Both the position numbers and the translations under genes were made by a program. A DNA stretch of 54,803 nucleotides, the filler included, from Dirinaria sp. TL-2023a (taxonomy: Eukaryota), in NCBI GenBank assembly GCA_051941275.1. It is 5 parts of 5 records of this genome, joined end to end, with 100 filler letters (N's around TTAATTAATTAA, not from the genome) between each part and the next. Parts side by side here need not be neighbours in the genome. Positions count along the whole stretch, not along the records: positions 1 to 10,923 come from JAVEBF010000895.1; positions 11,024 to 21,920 come from JAVEBF010000897.1; 3 more parts are not named here. The stretch is one strand, 5' to 3'. The notes below the pieces were generated by a model. That model ran no database searches. It saw nothing but the letters and a program-made list of their open reading frames with translations, and was not told the origin of the DNA. The stretch's first letter is position 1. The number at the start of each line of letters is the position of its first letter. Below are positions 1 through 11,632 of the stretch, piece by piece.

Positions 1-16
1 CCGATGTCCTATCCCG

Positions 17-1873
17 TCATCCCTCCCCATCAAGCTCCTCAATCTCCCTCTCTTTCCGCCTCAGCGCCTCCCGCATCTCGTCCGCTTCGCGCCGCAACCG
101 CGCTTTCCTGGCTTCTTTATCACCCCATCCCCCCGGATCCCCGTTGCCAACACTGCGACTCCTCGTCTCCAGCTGTGGGGGTGGCAGTTGTGGAAGCGAG
201 GCACCGGACAATGAATGCACGGAGTGGCGCTGCTGATGCTGGTGCTGTTGTGGGGCTAATCCGGCGAGGCTGGGATCGATGGGCATATCCTCCGCACCTT
301 GAGATTGTGGGTTGAGGATCGAGGAGATGGAACTGAGGCGGTTGGCACGGCCGGAGTCAGGGGTCGAGGGGGAGGGGTGATCGCGGTCGGTGGCGGAAAA
401 GCTGCGCTTCCGCGAGTGCGAGGATAGAGAGCCAAGGTTGTAGGGGGGTTCGGAAGGGGAGGAGAGCCCGCCAGGCTGCGGATGAGTGGAGGATCGTCGG
501 TGCGGATCTAGTTGGTAGCCGGTGAAGTCAACTCCGATGAGGGGAGCGTCGAAGTGCTGTTGCGAATCGGCTTGTTGTTGGTCACGGAGACGGAGGTTCA
601 GATCGAGTGCTTCGTCAGAGTCGGTATTTTGCGGCGGCTGCTGTTGGTGTTCTTTGGAATTGGGGGTTTCTTGACGCTGTACTTCTTGATACTGCTCATC
701 GGGCGTGTGCGAAACTGGGAAAGAGGTGACGTGCGAGCTGCTCGGAGACGGCTCTTGCATGGCCGGCACAACCCTTTTTCTGCGTTTGATGATCGATTTC
801 TTCATCCCTACCGGTCGGTGCACACCATGGAGCTTGTGATATAGCCCTTTACAATGTTAGCTTGGAAATCTCTCAAACTTAAGGCTTGCGTACCACAAGC
901 ATTGCATATCGTTCTTCCGCTCTCGTCTCGTCTCCACAACGGAGTTATAGTAGTCCCGCAGTTCTGACAGGAAAGGACCATGTTGGCCGTACTCGGATTC
1001 GCACCTGGAGCGAGCTGAGGCAATGACCTCGGGCTAGTATCTTCCTGATACTGTTGGGGAGGCCCCGCGGCACCGGGAGATACTTGGGATATAGATACTT
1101 GAGCCGCCTTTGATATCCGGTTATTGTATGCTGGGCATCCGTTGCAGCCACTGGCGCCGCCGGTCCCGTTGCATCTCCCACCCCCGGGACATGTACCTGT
1201 GGTAACCTGACTGGCAGCTACATAAGTAGGTCTACCAGCCGATGTCGAACCGTCTGCAGTGGCTGGGGATAGGCTTCGTGGAGGCTCCGTGGAGTCGAAA
1301 TCCGAACCAGGCGCAGATATAGAGGGAGGCCGCTTGAGAGTAGTAGGGCGTGAGGTATTGCGCGCCTTGTAGTATAGTCCACAGGCGTTGCATATTGTAG
1401 AGCCCGTGGGCGATCTCCGCCACAATGGAGTAGACGTGGTTCCGCAATTGCTACAACTTGTCATTTCTTGATCAAGATTTGCGAGATGATAAGTTGATCT
1501 TGGAAACCTACCTGCATTTCTGGCCGTTCGTAGCCGGAACATTAAGCGGCGAGTACTGAGATTCTCCAGTGTGATCTGGTGATGACGACTGCCGAGATTC
1601 CGGCGGAGGTTCCATATGATTGTGACCATTTTTTGTGCCATTTTGAGGCGCGTTATCATTCTCGCTCAAAGCTGGATTATTCATCGTGTCCCTCTCTGAG
1701 CGCGTCGAACCAGACTCACGTCGGCCTTGCGCGTGGTGTATCAGCTGGGCAGCAATCTCGTAATCAGCCTGATCGAGCCCTGATTGCCTCGGTATTGAGT
1801 CTTGTGGTTGCTTTTGGCCAGGATGTCCTTGTACTCCCATACTGAAACTCTCGGAAGATGTGGCGTTGGTCAT
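17..1873 (-). CDS. sreA: SreA/SRE/Urbs1-type GATA transcription factor (iron-responsive repressor of siderophore genes); 3 exons, introns 1451-1511 and 847-893
   Basis: Two GATA zinc fingers ([14 protein letters not shown]...CNACGLY and [14 protein letters not shown]...[12 protein letters not shown]) flank the Cys-rich [22 protein letters not shown] segment. C-terminal coiled coil. The GT-AG introns restore the frame. Confidence 0.93.
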
Positions 1874-2899
1874 TGCTGCATCCTTACTAATTTTTCAGTA
1901 GGGTAGATGGCCTGAGGTTTCGGCTTGCTGACTTCCATCCGACTGCTAGACGGAATACAGGCAGAGAAATGATTTTGAAAGCCTCATTTGGAAGATTATC
2001 AATACAGGTTTATCCGTTGTCGAATATCGATTCCCTATCTGACAGGATTAGTCACATTCGATACAAGGCGTAGCAGCAGCACAGGAGAGACCTTGGAAGA
2101 AAGAGTTTTGAATGCACCGAGACAATTCGGAGCGTTACTTTGCGCGACCAGCTATTGAGAGATGAGGTAATGATCACAGGCGTGGAAAGTTGAGTGGGGA
2201 GGGCTTGTGTTTCGGCAACAAACCACGATAGCTAGGATCAGATCGCTTCGGACAGATCGGTTCGACGGTAATCGCGCTTCGTATGCTTATGTGGGAGCCT
2301 GGCCTGCAAACTCAAACTCCGGGGTAAAAATGAGTGCAGCACTTGCAGAGTGGGCGACTGAGGCTTTCGAGAAGAATGACTAAGCCGCTTTGGCTTAAAT
2401 GCCATTGGGTGAAGTGTCGCTTAGCGGCAGTTTCCAAGCTTCACTTTCGTTCCCCAAAGAACCAAGCTCCTCCCCCCAGGGCCCCAGTTCTTCCCCTCTC
2501 AGAAAACCCAGACTGTTGAATGCTAAGGTCCATTAGTAGTCTCAGCTTTTCGCTTGGACCTCGCTGAAACATTTCATCGTAATTTTGCAAGCGATTGATA
2601 GGTCAAAGGCGATTGCAGAGGATGTTTTTCGACTTGCCGCGACGTTGTGAGCAGTGGGGCTCAACTACTTCGTAGAATTTTCATGTATATCCAAAATAGA
2701 ACCACCAATGACCGCCGCCGAACAGGGATGCTCTTCTCAGAGATTGGATACCCGCTACAAATGACCATCAAAGAGCCTCTAGATACGACCTTTCCCTGTA
2801 CTGATACAAATCCAAGTGAACTGTGCTGATGTACATTCCGCTCTTCCGACCGTTGCTGCTGGCGCACGACACACCCAGGGAGCCGAGGCTGATACCCTA

Positions 2900-3710
2900 T
2901 CATATCTGCTCGGCACCCCATTCCGCATTCGCATCCCGCATGTTTTGTGGCGGCTCAATTTGTGGGATGTACTCTAGAACTACATAGCCGAGACCTACGA
3001 TGCCAACCGCTGAACCAGCAATAATTCGTATGACGGGTTGGTGAAGCAGGATAGACCCGACGAAGATGTAGACTATCCGTATCCAGTCAGCGAAAGGATG
3101 AGTGGAGTGATTCGAAGGCCTTACATATCCCTCTGCCAAGAAAGCTGAAGAGGAACGGGGCCCATCGGGACACTGAGACAGTCGAGAGTCAGCTTGTGCG
3201 TCATGGAAAACAAGGCAAAAGCTGGGCCAGGGCTGCAAAGGACTCGTTGATGGGGTTCCGGAATGAGACTCCGGACTTCGCCCGTAATGGGCAAGGAAGG
3301 GCCGCATAAGAACGTACTGTATGGAGGGATTTGGAATTCTAGGAGTAAAGTCGCTGCATAATCATGTCAGTCTATGCTCGAGCGTATTCAGAATATTGTC
3401 CATCTGCTCACCAGCTCCGAAAATAATGACATAGCATCCAATGATTGTACTCTGACTGTCGCTTTTGTGAGAAGCTGCCCTGGCGGCATTTCAAGGCGCG
3501 CGATGCTTGACTCACAATCCAATGGGGAAAAACTGGCCAATGCCGCCCACTATCATCAGCCCCCCGACAGCCAAATTGACGAGGCGACTGTAGGAGAGCA
3601 GTTTTAGATTAGCATTGGATGCGCAGAGCCGATTTACTGCTGGCGCAACGCTTTGCGCGCCCATTCAGGGTAGATGGAAACAGCGCTCACAAGATATTGG
3701 ACAGATCCAT
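2900..3710 (-). CDS. TVP15: Golgi membrane protein Tvp15 / COPI-associated family; multi-exon
   Basis: Spliced product reads MDLSNIFRLVNLAVGG...LEFQIPP..SRWAPFLFSFLGRGI.YIFVGSILL...EPPQNMRDANAEWGAEQI: small, hydrophobic, with canonical introns. Confidence 0.85.
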
Positions 3711-4158
3711 AGTGATTAGGCGGTGTATGCCAATCGCGTAGCTTCAGAAGAGTTCGAGCAGCTTCGAAAGTGCCTGTCAAAGTATCAAGGACTGGGTATA
3801 GCGAGGCTTAAGTACTGTAGGAAGACGATGCTCACAGCTGGCAGAGAGCTTTTGGCGACAGCTTTCCTACTCCCTTTAGTCGGAAGACAGGGCGCCAAGA
3901 CTACTAGCGTAAACCAAACCCCTTTCGTCCTAGCTGCCTCGGTGCCAGGATGCCATCGAGGTCACTTAGTGTACTGTACATCTACTTGAGGTAGGTTACT
4001 TAACTATGTACACAGGTACTGGCATGATGCTTCAGCGACTGGCAACAGTTTGTAATTACATATATGAATGCTACCCATCTGTTGAAGATCTTGCTATGCC
4101 GATAATTGATGCTTTTACAACGTTGATATAATTGGCCGCCGGAAAGCCTCCCTGTACC

Positions 4159-4920
4159 TTATGCGACAGCGAGTTCCTTTATCATGGTCACCATATGAAA
4201 TCCCTTCACGCTTCCAAATAAACCTGCCTCGAAGAACCGAGCTTCGACTGTTCTAAATCCTTGTCGCTTCCAAAAGCGTTCATTGATCTCCTTCGCCGTT
4301 CGTGCCCAGAGTTTGGGTTTTTGGTTCCTGTCATTGTGGGTCCTAGCTTTGTTCTTGACTTCGTCGGCGATTGCCTGTAACAGTTGCGAAGCCAGTCCAT
4401 GCCTCTGCCATTCAGGGGCGACTACAACGGCTACAACCTCCATCTCTGTAGCATTTTCCTGGCCCTCGTCTGAGGTTCTCGTTTTCGAAGCGTCGAAGAG
4501 CGCTGACTTGCTCTCGCTCGACAAGTGTACTGCTGGCTCGCCTGTTTCTCTCGGTTCGGCAGTGTCTGAGGTGTTAAAAACTCTCTTTTATTTGGCATCA
4601 TATTGGTCTTGTAGCAGCCACTTTTCCTTGTAAGGCTTGTAGCTGGCCGTAGCGACGATGCGTCTGAGGTTCGTGCTGCTCTCCTCACTTTCGACTTCTT
4701 CCGTCACAAGGAAGAGGATGATGTCTGAGCCTAGTTCGTCCAGCAGCTGCTGTTCGCTGTTGAAGCGTTCCTCTTTTGGCCTGAGGATGTCTGGATGCTT
4801 TTTCCTGTTCTCTCTAAAGGCGCGATTGATCATGTGGTAGAGCTCCGGTAGCCTAGGGAAGTTTGCGAGTTCCTTGGCGTCAAGTCTTTCTATTCCGAAT
4901 TTCGGCTGTGGTGCCGTCAT
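4159..4920 (-). pseudogene. GNAT-family acetyltransferase interrupted by a single in-frame TAA at 4590-4588
   Basis: ORFs 4588-4920 and 4159-4524 share one frame and the 63 nt between them are open. GNAT motif A (VVVAPEWQRHGLASQLL) and NERFWKRQGF are present. Confidence 0.65.
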
Positions 4921-5297
4921 GGTTCCTAATTTCTTTCAAGCAGTGTCCACTGGTAGCCACCGTCATGAACTTTTTCGATAAAATGATTGTGTGTGTTCAG
5001 GAAGCCTCGTCCGCTGCCTAATGTGTCAATCTATGCCGGATCCTGGGCTATCTATACCTGGTGGCCGTAGTGTTCAAGTAAAATGAATAAGCGATTTATG
5101 GCGGAAACATTCCTAGAGATGACGAGCCTCTGATAATAGCAGTAGCGAGAAAACCTGGATGGGGAGGATAAGTACATCAAATGCTGCAGCCCTTATGACT
5201 CATTTGACGTTGCCGATCAAAAACGGACAACTTCGGACCAATCTGCTAGTATATCTCATCGCAAACTGTAATTCTACCAACTTTATCCTGTGAATAT

Positions 5298-6866
5298 CTA
5301 CAAACGTGGGCGAATGCTCAATGCCTCTTCAAGCAACTTAATTGCTGCTTGTGAACAGCCATAGCTCGATTGATAGCCGTAACCCGCATGACCATAATTG
5401 TGGATGATCCAGACCCCATTGATACTTTCCTTTTCGATTCTGGGACCTCCCAAACGCAACGGCCGCAATCCAACACCATGGCGAATGACGCTTAGGTACT
5501 CGACACCTTTACCGCCGGTCAACGCAGGACACAGCTCCACGGCTCTTTTCATGATTCGGTTCGCCAGATTGGGGTCAATCTGTGAATCCCAATTGCCTTT
5601 CTGGTACGAGCCGCCTAGAAGCGTACCACCACCTGTTTAAAGTGAGAATGTGGGTGGTTGTGAGGAGAAGAGCGGAAATCTACCTGCAGCACGCTGCATA
5701 GTATAGCAGACCTCATCATCGCCATCATCTGTCCCAGAGTTAGAGCACATAACGTCGGCTTCATTCCTCACAAGAACGGTTTGGCCGCGTGCAGGCATCA
5801 TCCCCTGGTCTTGGACACCTCCAAGCTTTGCAGCTGATAAGCCCGTGCAATTGAGGACCACATGCGCTTTTCGACCCGAAAAATGGACATTGGCTGCCTC
5901 GGCAACGTGTTTGAAAATGTGTCTTTTCACGATGACACCGTTCTTCAGGCATTGAGAGACAAGCCAGGGCAGGTAGATGGCAGTGTTGATACACACTGAA
6001 GTGAAAGACTGACCCCCTTCGAAGCCTGGTGGCAGCTCTCGCTTCTCAATATGCTTGAACTTTAATTATAATTCAGTTAGTAGGTGGAACAATGTTGCGG
6101 GGTTGGGTCCATCTACATCAGGTACGGTATCTTTGTACCTACTCAGATCTCGGGGTCAGTAAACCTGCTATAGGACATACAAACGTCTGAAAAGCAATCC
6201 CAAGAATAACGCTGCCTGGAGCGTATTTCACTACGCTAACAGTGAAGTATATGAAGAGATTTCAGGTATGCACCCAGGGACCTCGTACCAAGGGTCAGGA
6301 TCCACTAGTTCAGCAAGCCATTCTCCTGTAGCGACTTTGACGTCCTTCGAGCGGGTATATATGGCTGCCTCTGCTGATGATCAATTGAAAGCATACTCTT
6401 CCAATCGAATCTGGATTTACTTTGGAAGTGGACTCCAGCTTCGGGGTGGAGTCTAGCCAACCGTTCAAGCTCTGTCCAAGTACTACTGCATTCCGTGCTT
6501 AGTAGACTTTCCTCGAAGAGATCTGTCGTGCAAGAGAGCAATGCCTACCGATCCCATTCTGCAGCAGGAGTTCCTTTCTTCGATACTCTGGATTGGCATT
6601 AACTTCTGCGTATTGGGGGCCTCGGAGTAAAACGGACGGCAGGTAGGTCGCACCCGCCCAAGGCGAAGCGTATTCAATATCATAATCACCGGGCATATGC
6701 TTAGCTGCGACTGTGACTTGGTGATTAGGATTCTTAGATAACAAGAGGGCAGTGGTAAGCCCAGCAACGCCGGCTCTGAGAACATGGTTTGCATCAGTGG
6801 CACATTGCAGCGGTGTGCCAGTCGCAATGCTCACCCGATTACGACAATTCGAACGTCCGTCATCAT
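5298..6866 (-). CDS. DAO1: D-amino acid oxidase (FAD-dependent), about 8 exons
   Basis: IVVIG|AGVAGLTTA dinucleotide-binding motif, YASPWAGA, NCTGL, RGQ, GLRP and HNYGHAGYGYQSSYG. The C-terminal PRL is a PTS1-like peroxisomal signal. Confidence 0.9.
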
Positions 6867-7461
6867 GTCATGCCACGAGTCAGCTTGAGCTCAGCCTTAC
6901 CCCTGCATTGGCAGTCAAGGCGCCAAGGAAGCTGATGTATGTATGTACAGCACACAGCCCCCAGACTACTGAACAATGGAAGATCACGCTCTGTGGAGCA
7001 GTAGACGGGCGAAGAGAAGATGAAATCTCGTGAGCGAATACTCTGCGCAGTGTCCCTCAGTAAAAGCATCACGAGGGATCTACTCCCAGACTTTGGCTAG
7101 CGATTAGTAAGGGGGCCTAGGGGCTTTAGAAGCCTGATCAGGAGTGTTAGCAGCATGACGCACCACCAACGGAGAAACCTCGGCCGGCAGCCTTGGCGTA
7201 TCCTGCTTCACTGCTCGCTTTGAACCAGCATATTCACTCCTCTACAACAATGGAATGATTGTTTTAGCTCGATAAGAGCTTCCAAATCTTCCCAGCCACT
7301 GCATTTCCTTATCTTTCTCTATTTGCCCACGTCTCCCTCTCAATTTTTTCTTCGTAGAGCTCAGAAAAACCACCACTATACACACAACTTCTTGCTTCCA
7401 CAATTCCACTTACCTCCGCATACGTTCGCCTGCCTTACCCTACTCGAGAAACCCGCCCACA

Positions 7462-8890
7462 ATGGGCTACACTTCTGAATTCCCATTGCTTAATGCTTCA
7501 GGATTGTACGTCGTAGATACTGCTGGAAACGGTATGCTATGCTTCTCCTTCTACATTGGATCTGAATTATTTCTCCTTTCGTGTTGCCCGAATGGCACTA
7601 ATACGTAGCGTGTAGGCAATTGCCTATTCAATGCGCTCTCTGATCAACTGTATGGGGATCAGTCCCGGCACGCCGAGATCCGCGAAGCAACAATCCAATA
7701 CATGCGTGAGCATGGCGATTTCTACAAACAATTCGTAGACGTGAATCCAGGGGGTGGTGTGCGTCGGAATCCCAAGCGTAAGAATGCTGGCGCTTTCTCG
7801 ACGGCGTTCAATGCCAAGGGACCGACTCCAGAAGAGATCAATCGAGTATTCGAGAGCCACTTAGCCCAGATGGCTCGTGGAGGTACATATGGAGATAATA
7901 TGGAAATCAGTGCATTCTGCTGTGCTTTTAATGTCGATGTCAAGATATACCAGCAGAGCTTTGCCTACATGGTACCTGTCGATCATGCTCGACCGGCAAC
8001 TCAAGTGGCACATGTTGCATATCACGCATGTCTCCGGCATTCTTTACTATTTGAACCATAGCTAATGGGTATCTCAGACCTGGGAGCATTATTCCTCCAT
8101 CCGGAACCTTGCTGGACCGCACAATGGACCTCCCATGGTCAAGGACAGCACAGCAGTGGAGGAATTCAAGAGCGATGTCGATTTTGCCTATTCAAAACCT
8201 CGCAGCATTGAGATTGAAAGCAGCTGCTCTTCCCGTAGTGGAAGCGTGAGCGTTGAGCGTGATCCGGACAGCGAGGATGAGTCTTTATCTGCGCCAAAGA
8301 AGAAGCAAGACCGACGCCTTAGCCGTGCCAAGCGCATCAGCAACAAGGAGCAAGATTCTCAATCCAACTCGCATCTCAGTGTTCGTATCAAAAGCCCTCC
8401 CGTTAATTTTAAGCGCGAGTCCTCCTCGGCTTCCGAATCTTGCAATCACTCAACCGGCATTAAAGATGGATATGAGACCGAAGACGCGAATTGGACTAGC
8501 AGTTCGCCACTCAAGGACTCAGAATCTGCCTCTGTCACAACCTCAGCTTCCGAGTGCTCTATTCCAAGCAATTCAGGCTCGGGTTGTACTCGTGTTAAGC
8601 TTAGTCAGCCCAAGAAGCGGGATGATAAATCTCTCCCTCTTCCAGGAACTCGTCCCGTCAGTGACCTTCCCTTCCGGAATGGCATTCCTCAAACTACTCT
8701 CAGTACCACTCAGCAACGTACAACAAGCCACAGGAAGCGTCTCGTGTCCCGGAATGAACGCGACATGTTGAAGAAGGCTGTGGCCCCAAAGCGGTACCGA
8801 GAGGCCACTGCTCAATCTCTACCAAACATCCAGAAGGGCAAGGAGAACACTCCTGCTATCGAGACGCACATCAAAGTGCTTGTCATCTAA
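7462..8890 (+). CDS. OTU-domain cysteine protease (deubiquitinase-like) with a Ser/Lys/Arg-rich C-terminal tail; introns about 7532-7615 and 8026-8077
   Basis: GNG|NCLFNALSDQLYG catalytic Cys box, GTYGDNMEISAF, and the HVAYH|TWEHYSSIRN His box after splicing. Confidence 0.88.
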
Positions 8891-10267
8891 ACATCAGTCA
8901 CCTATTTGCAGAGCTTACAACCATGCTCGACACCCAACAACGCTTCCACATACTGGATAGTGGCATAATTTACTTGGCTCAGGACTACCCGCTGCACACA
9001 AGAAAACATCATCTTGGGGTTCGACACTGCCAACCATATCTTTTGACTTTTTTGTACTTTGGACCGATCTAGCGAGCATTTTTAGGCGTGGAATTTTGGT
9101 GCATCAGCGAGGGTGATGCAGCATAGCATATGGCAGCGTCTGGAGGCTAGGAAGTGCTCCGAACCCTCCAGTCTCGCCGAGCCATCGACTCAACGACCAG
9201 CGACGGAGCATACAGGCGTTTTCGATTTTCACCCACGACTACGATCGAGCATTACTATCGGTTGGTCATTGTATGAACCGCAACCGACATGCGCCAAATA
9301 TTAGATCGAGCTGCTGCAGCACCTCTGGCCTTGCGAAAGACTCTGTTCGAAGATCTCACTGGTTGAGTAAGACCCGGGTTGTAGCTGGCCGACAAAGAGG
9401 AATGTATGGAGGTCTACGTAATAGCCTCACGTAGACTAGGACTGCTTGAAACCACTTAGGATAGAATATGGCTTAGGCAGTCTACAGATCGATCCATCAT
9501 CCATTGCGTGCACATTATACGGAGCTCAGGATTCTGGAATCGTGATCCGGGAATGTATTGCAGAGCTTTCGTCGAGCTTCCACTGTTCGATGCCCAGCTA
9601 CCGTAATACGTGAGCATGTCTTGTTGTGCCGATGATCCGAAGTGCTATATTCCCAATTGAATCGCACAACCACAGCTCTTTTGCCCTGGACCACTCACCA
9701 CTAAGGTCAGTCAGATTACGATGTAGATAAAAAGTCTAGACTTTCGGCCTCGGCTCCAGATAATACTCTAACGCAAGCGTGTTTCTGCGTCTTCCGTACA
9801 CGTGTAATTCGTCCCTGCAGGCTCTCTCGGCTGCCACCGGCGCCCCCTCGCCCCCTCCAGTTTACAAGGTATTTGATTATTCATGCACGATCGCGTCATC
9901 GTCAGAGTCCGGTGGAGGGGTGGGAGACCCCTCTGAGCCCTCCACCTGGAATAATTCGAAATCTCCCGCTCTTTCGATTTGATTTTACTTTAATTGTCAT
10001 CAGAACACACCTACCCTAAGGATTCCAAATAATCACCCTTTGTTCTCTCACTCGCGACTCTATAAATTCCCTCCCAGAGTCTCTCGTCTTTTCCTCATCC
10101 TGGCATCTGCACTCAGACCGTTCATCGCACGAAGACTCTTCTACCCAGTTGTTGCCACCACAAAACTCCCTTCACCAACCGCGAAACCAACAACTTTTGC
10201 CCCCCGCCTCTTCCTCACACGACCACCCAACAACACTCCCCGATTCCTCTCCACAACCACCGCGAAA

Positions 10268-10670
10268 ATGAGCAAAGAAGGTGTCCACAACCTCAAGAAG
10301 TGAGTCTGCCCTTCTCCCTCAAAAAAATAATTGACACTCAAAAAAAGCTAACCAAAAATCCGTCAGCTCATCGGACTTCAAATCCGCCATCTCGGACTCC
10401 GGGCCCCTGGTGATCGACTGCTTCGCGACGTGGTGCGGGCCGTGCAAGACGATCGCGCCGAAAGTCGTCGAGTTCTCGGGCGCCTACCCGTCGGTGCGCT
10501 TCTACAAGCTCGATGTCGACGAGGTGGCGGATGTGGCGCACGAGCTCGGCGTGCGCGCCATGCCGACGTTCATCATCTTCAACAACGGCGAGAAGGTTGA
10601 CGAGGTGGTGGGCGCGAATGTGAAGACGCTGGAGGCGGCCATCAAGAAGCAGGTCGATGCCGCTGCGTGA
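10268..10670 (+). CDS. trxA: Thioredoxin; intron 10300-10366; possible N-terminal extension from CTG at 10100
   Basis: [16 protein letters not shown]...[12 protein letters not shown] active site and AMPTF. Intron GTGAGT...GCTAAC...CAG. Confidence 0.95.
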
Positions 10671-10923
10671 TTGAGCTACAAAAACCGGAGGGGGGATCTT
10701 TTCCCTTTTTTTTTTTGGCCCTGGCTTCCTTTGTACGGGTGGCGGGGATGGTGTGGAGTCGACGGTCGGTCATTGGCATTCTATGGTAGTTGCTACTTAT
10801 CATAGTGATAGAAAGGGTCACCAAAATATCAATCGGAAAGTCATCATCATCATCGTTTCCTCTTAAGTCGTCCACTCTTGACACAAAATTCCCTCAATAC
10901 AATCCCCTTCCCACCTCACCTCC

Positions 10924-11023
10924 NNNNNNNNNNNNNNNNNNNNNNNNNNNNNNNNNNNNNNNNNNNNTTAATTAATTAANNNNNNNNNNNNNNNNNNNNN
11001 NNNNNNNNNNNNNNNNNNNNNNN
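10924..11023. other. Artificial contig-joining spacer
   Basis: N44-TTAATTAATTAA-N44; stop codons in all six frames. Confidence 0.98.
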
Positions 11024-11632
11024 CCCCCACATACCCTTCCCGGATATACCCAAGACCTGAAAAACGAAAGAACGGACGAGAAAGGAAAGAGAGAAAAAGA
11101 ATACATTTACTCGGTATATCAATCACCCCAAAATTCACGAAACCACCACCACGCTTTTGTTTTATTGCCACAGTAGCAAGCAAGCAATTACGAAACGATA
11201 AATTTTTGTTTATGCTTCAATTTTCATCAGTTTTTTTTAAAAAAAAATCAGGCTATCTCACTGTCCCCCTTTCCCTTTCTCTCTCTCTAAGACCACCTGC
11301 CTGCGCGCCCTTCCCATGCAGACAGAATGAGGAGAAAAAAACAAGGGGGGTTTGGGGAGCTAAAAAGAGAAAGAGGTGAGGTTCGCTTTCATATGGCGAA
11401 GCCACCACCACCATCCTCTACGGAACATGTGGAAACTCTGTACAAAACATCGCATCATCTCTCTGCTCGTAGGTACAAGGGGTGCACAACGCTAGCCGCT
11501 ATGCAACGCTTGTCGTCGAATGCAGCTATTGCAGATTTTTTTTTTCCACACTCTCTCTCGGTTTACAATGCTTGCTTGGACGGTTTCGGTGTCAACGTCT
11601 TCGAACCACTCTTTTCAGAGAGACCATGCAAG

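Noticed and set aside
3173..3317. Apparent frameshifted segment in TVP15
   Set aside because: Resolved as a 145-nt GTACGT...CAG intron followed by the expected SRWAPFLFSFLGRG exon.
5127..5136. TCTGATAA near sreA as an SreA binding site
   Set aside because: It does not match the full ATCWGATAA consensus, and single GATA cores are common.
10968..10979. TTAATTAATTAA palindrome repeated four times in the window
   Set aside because: It is an assembly spacer embedded in N runs, not biological.
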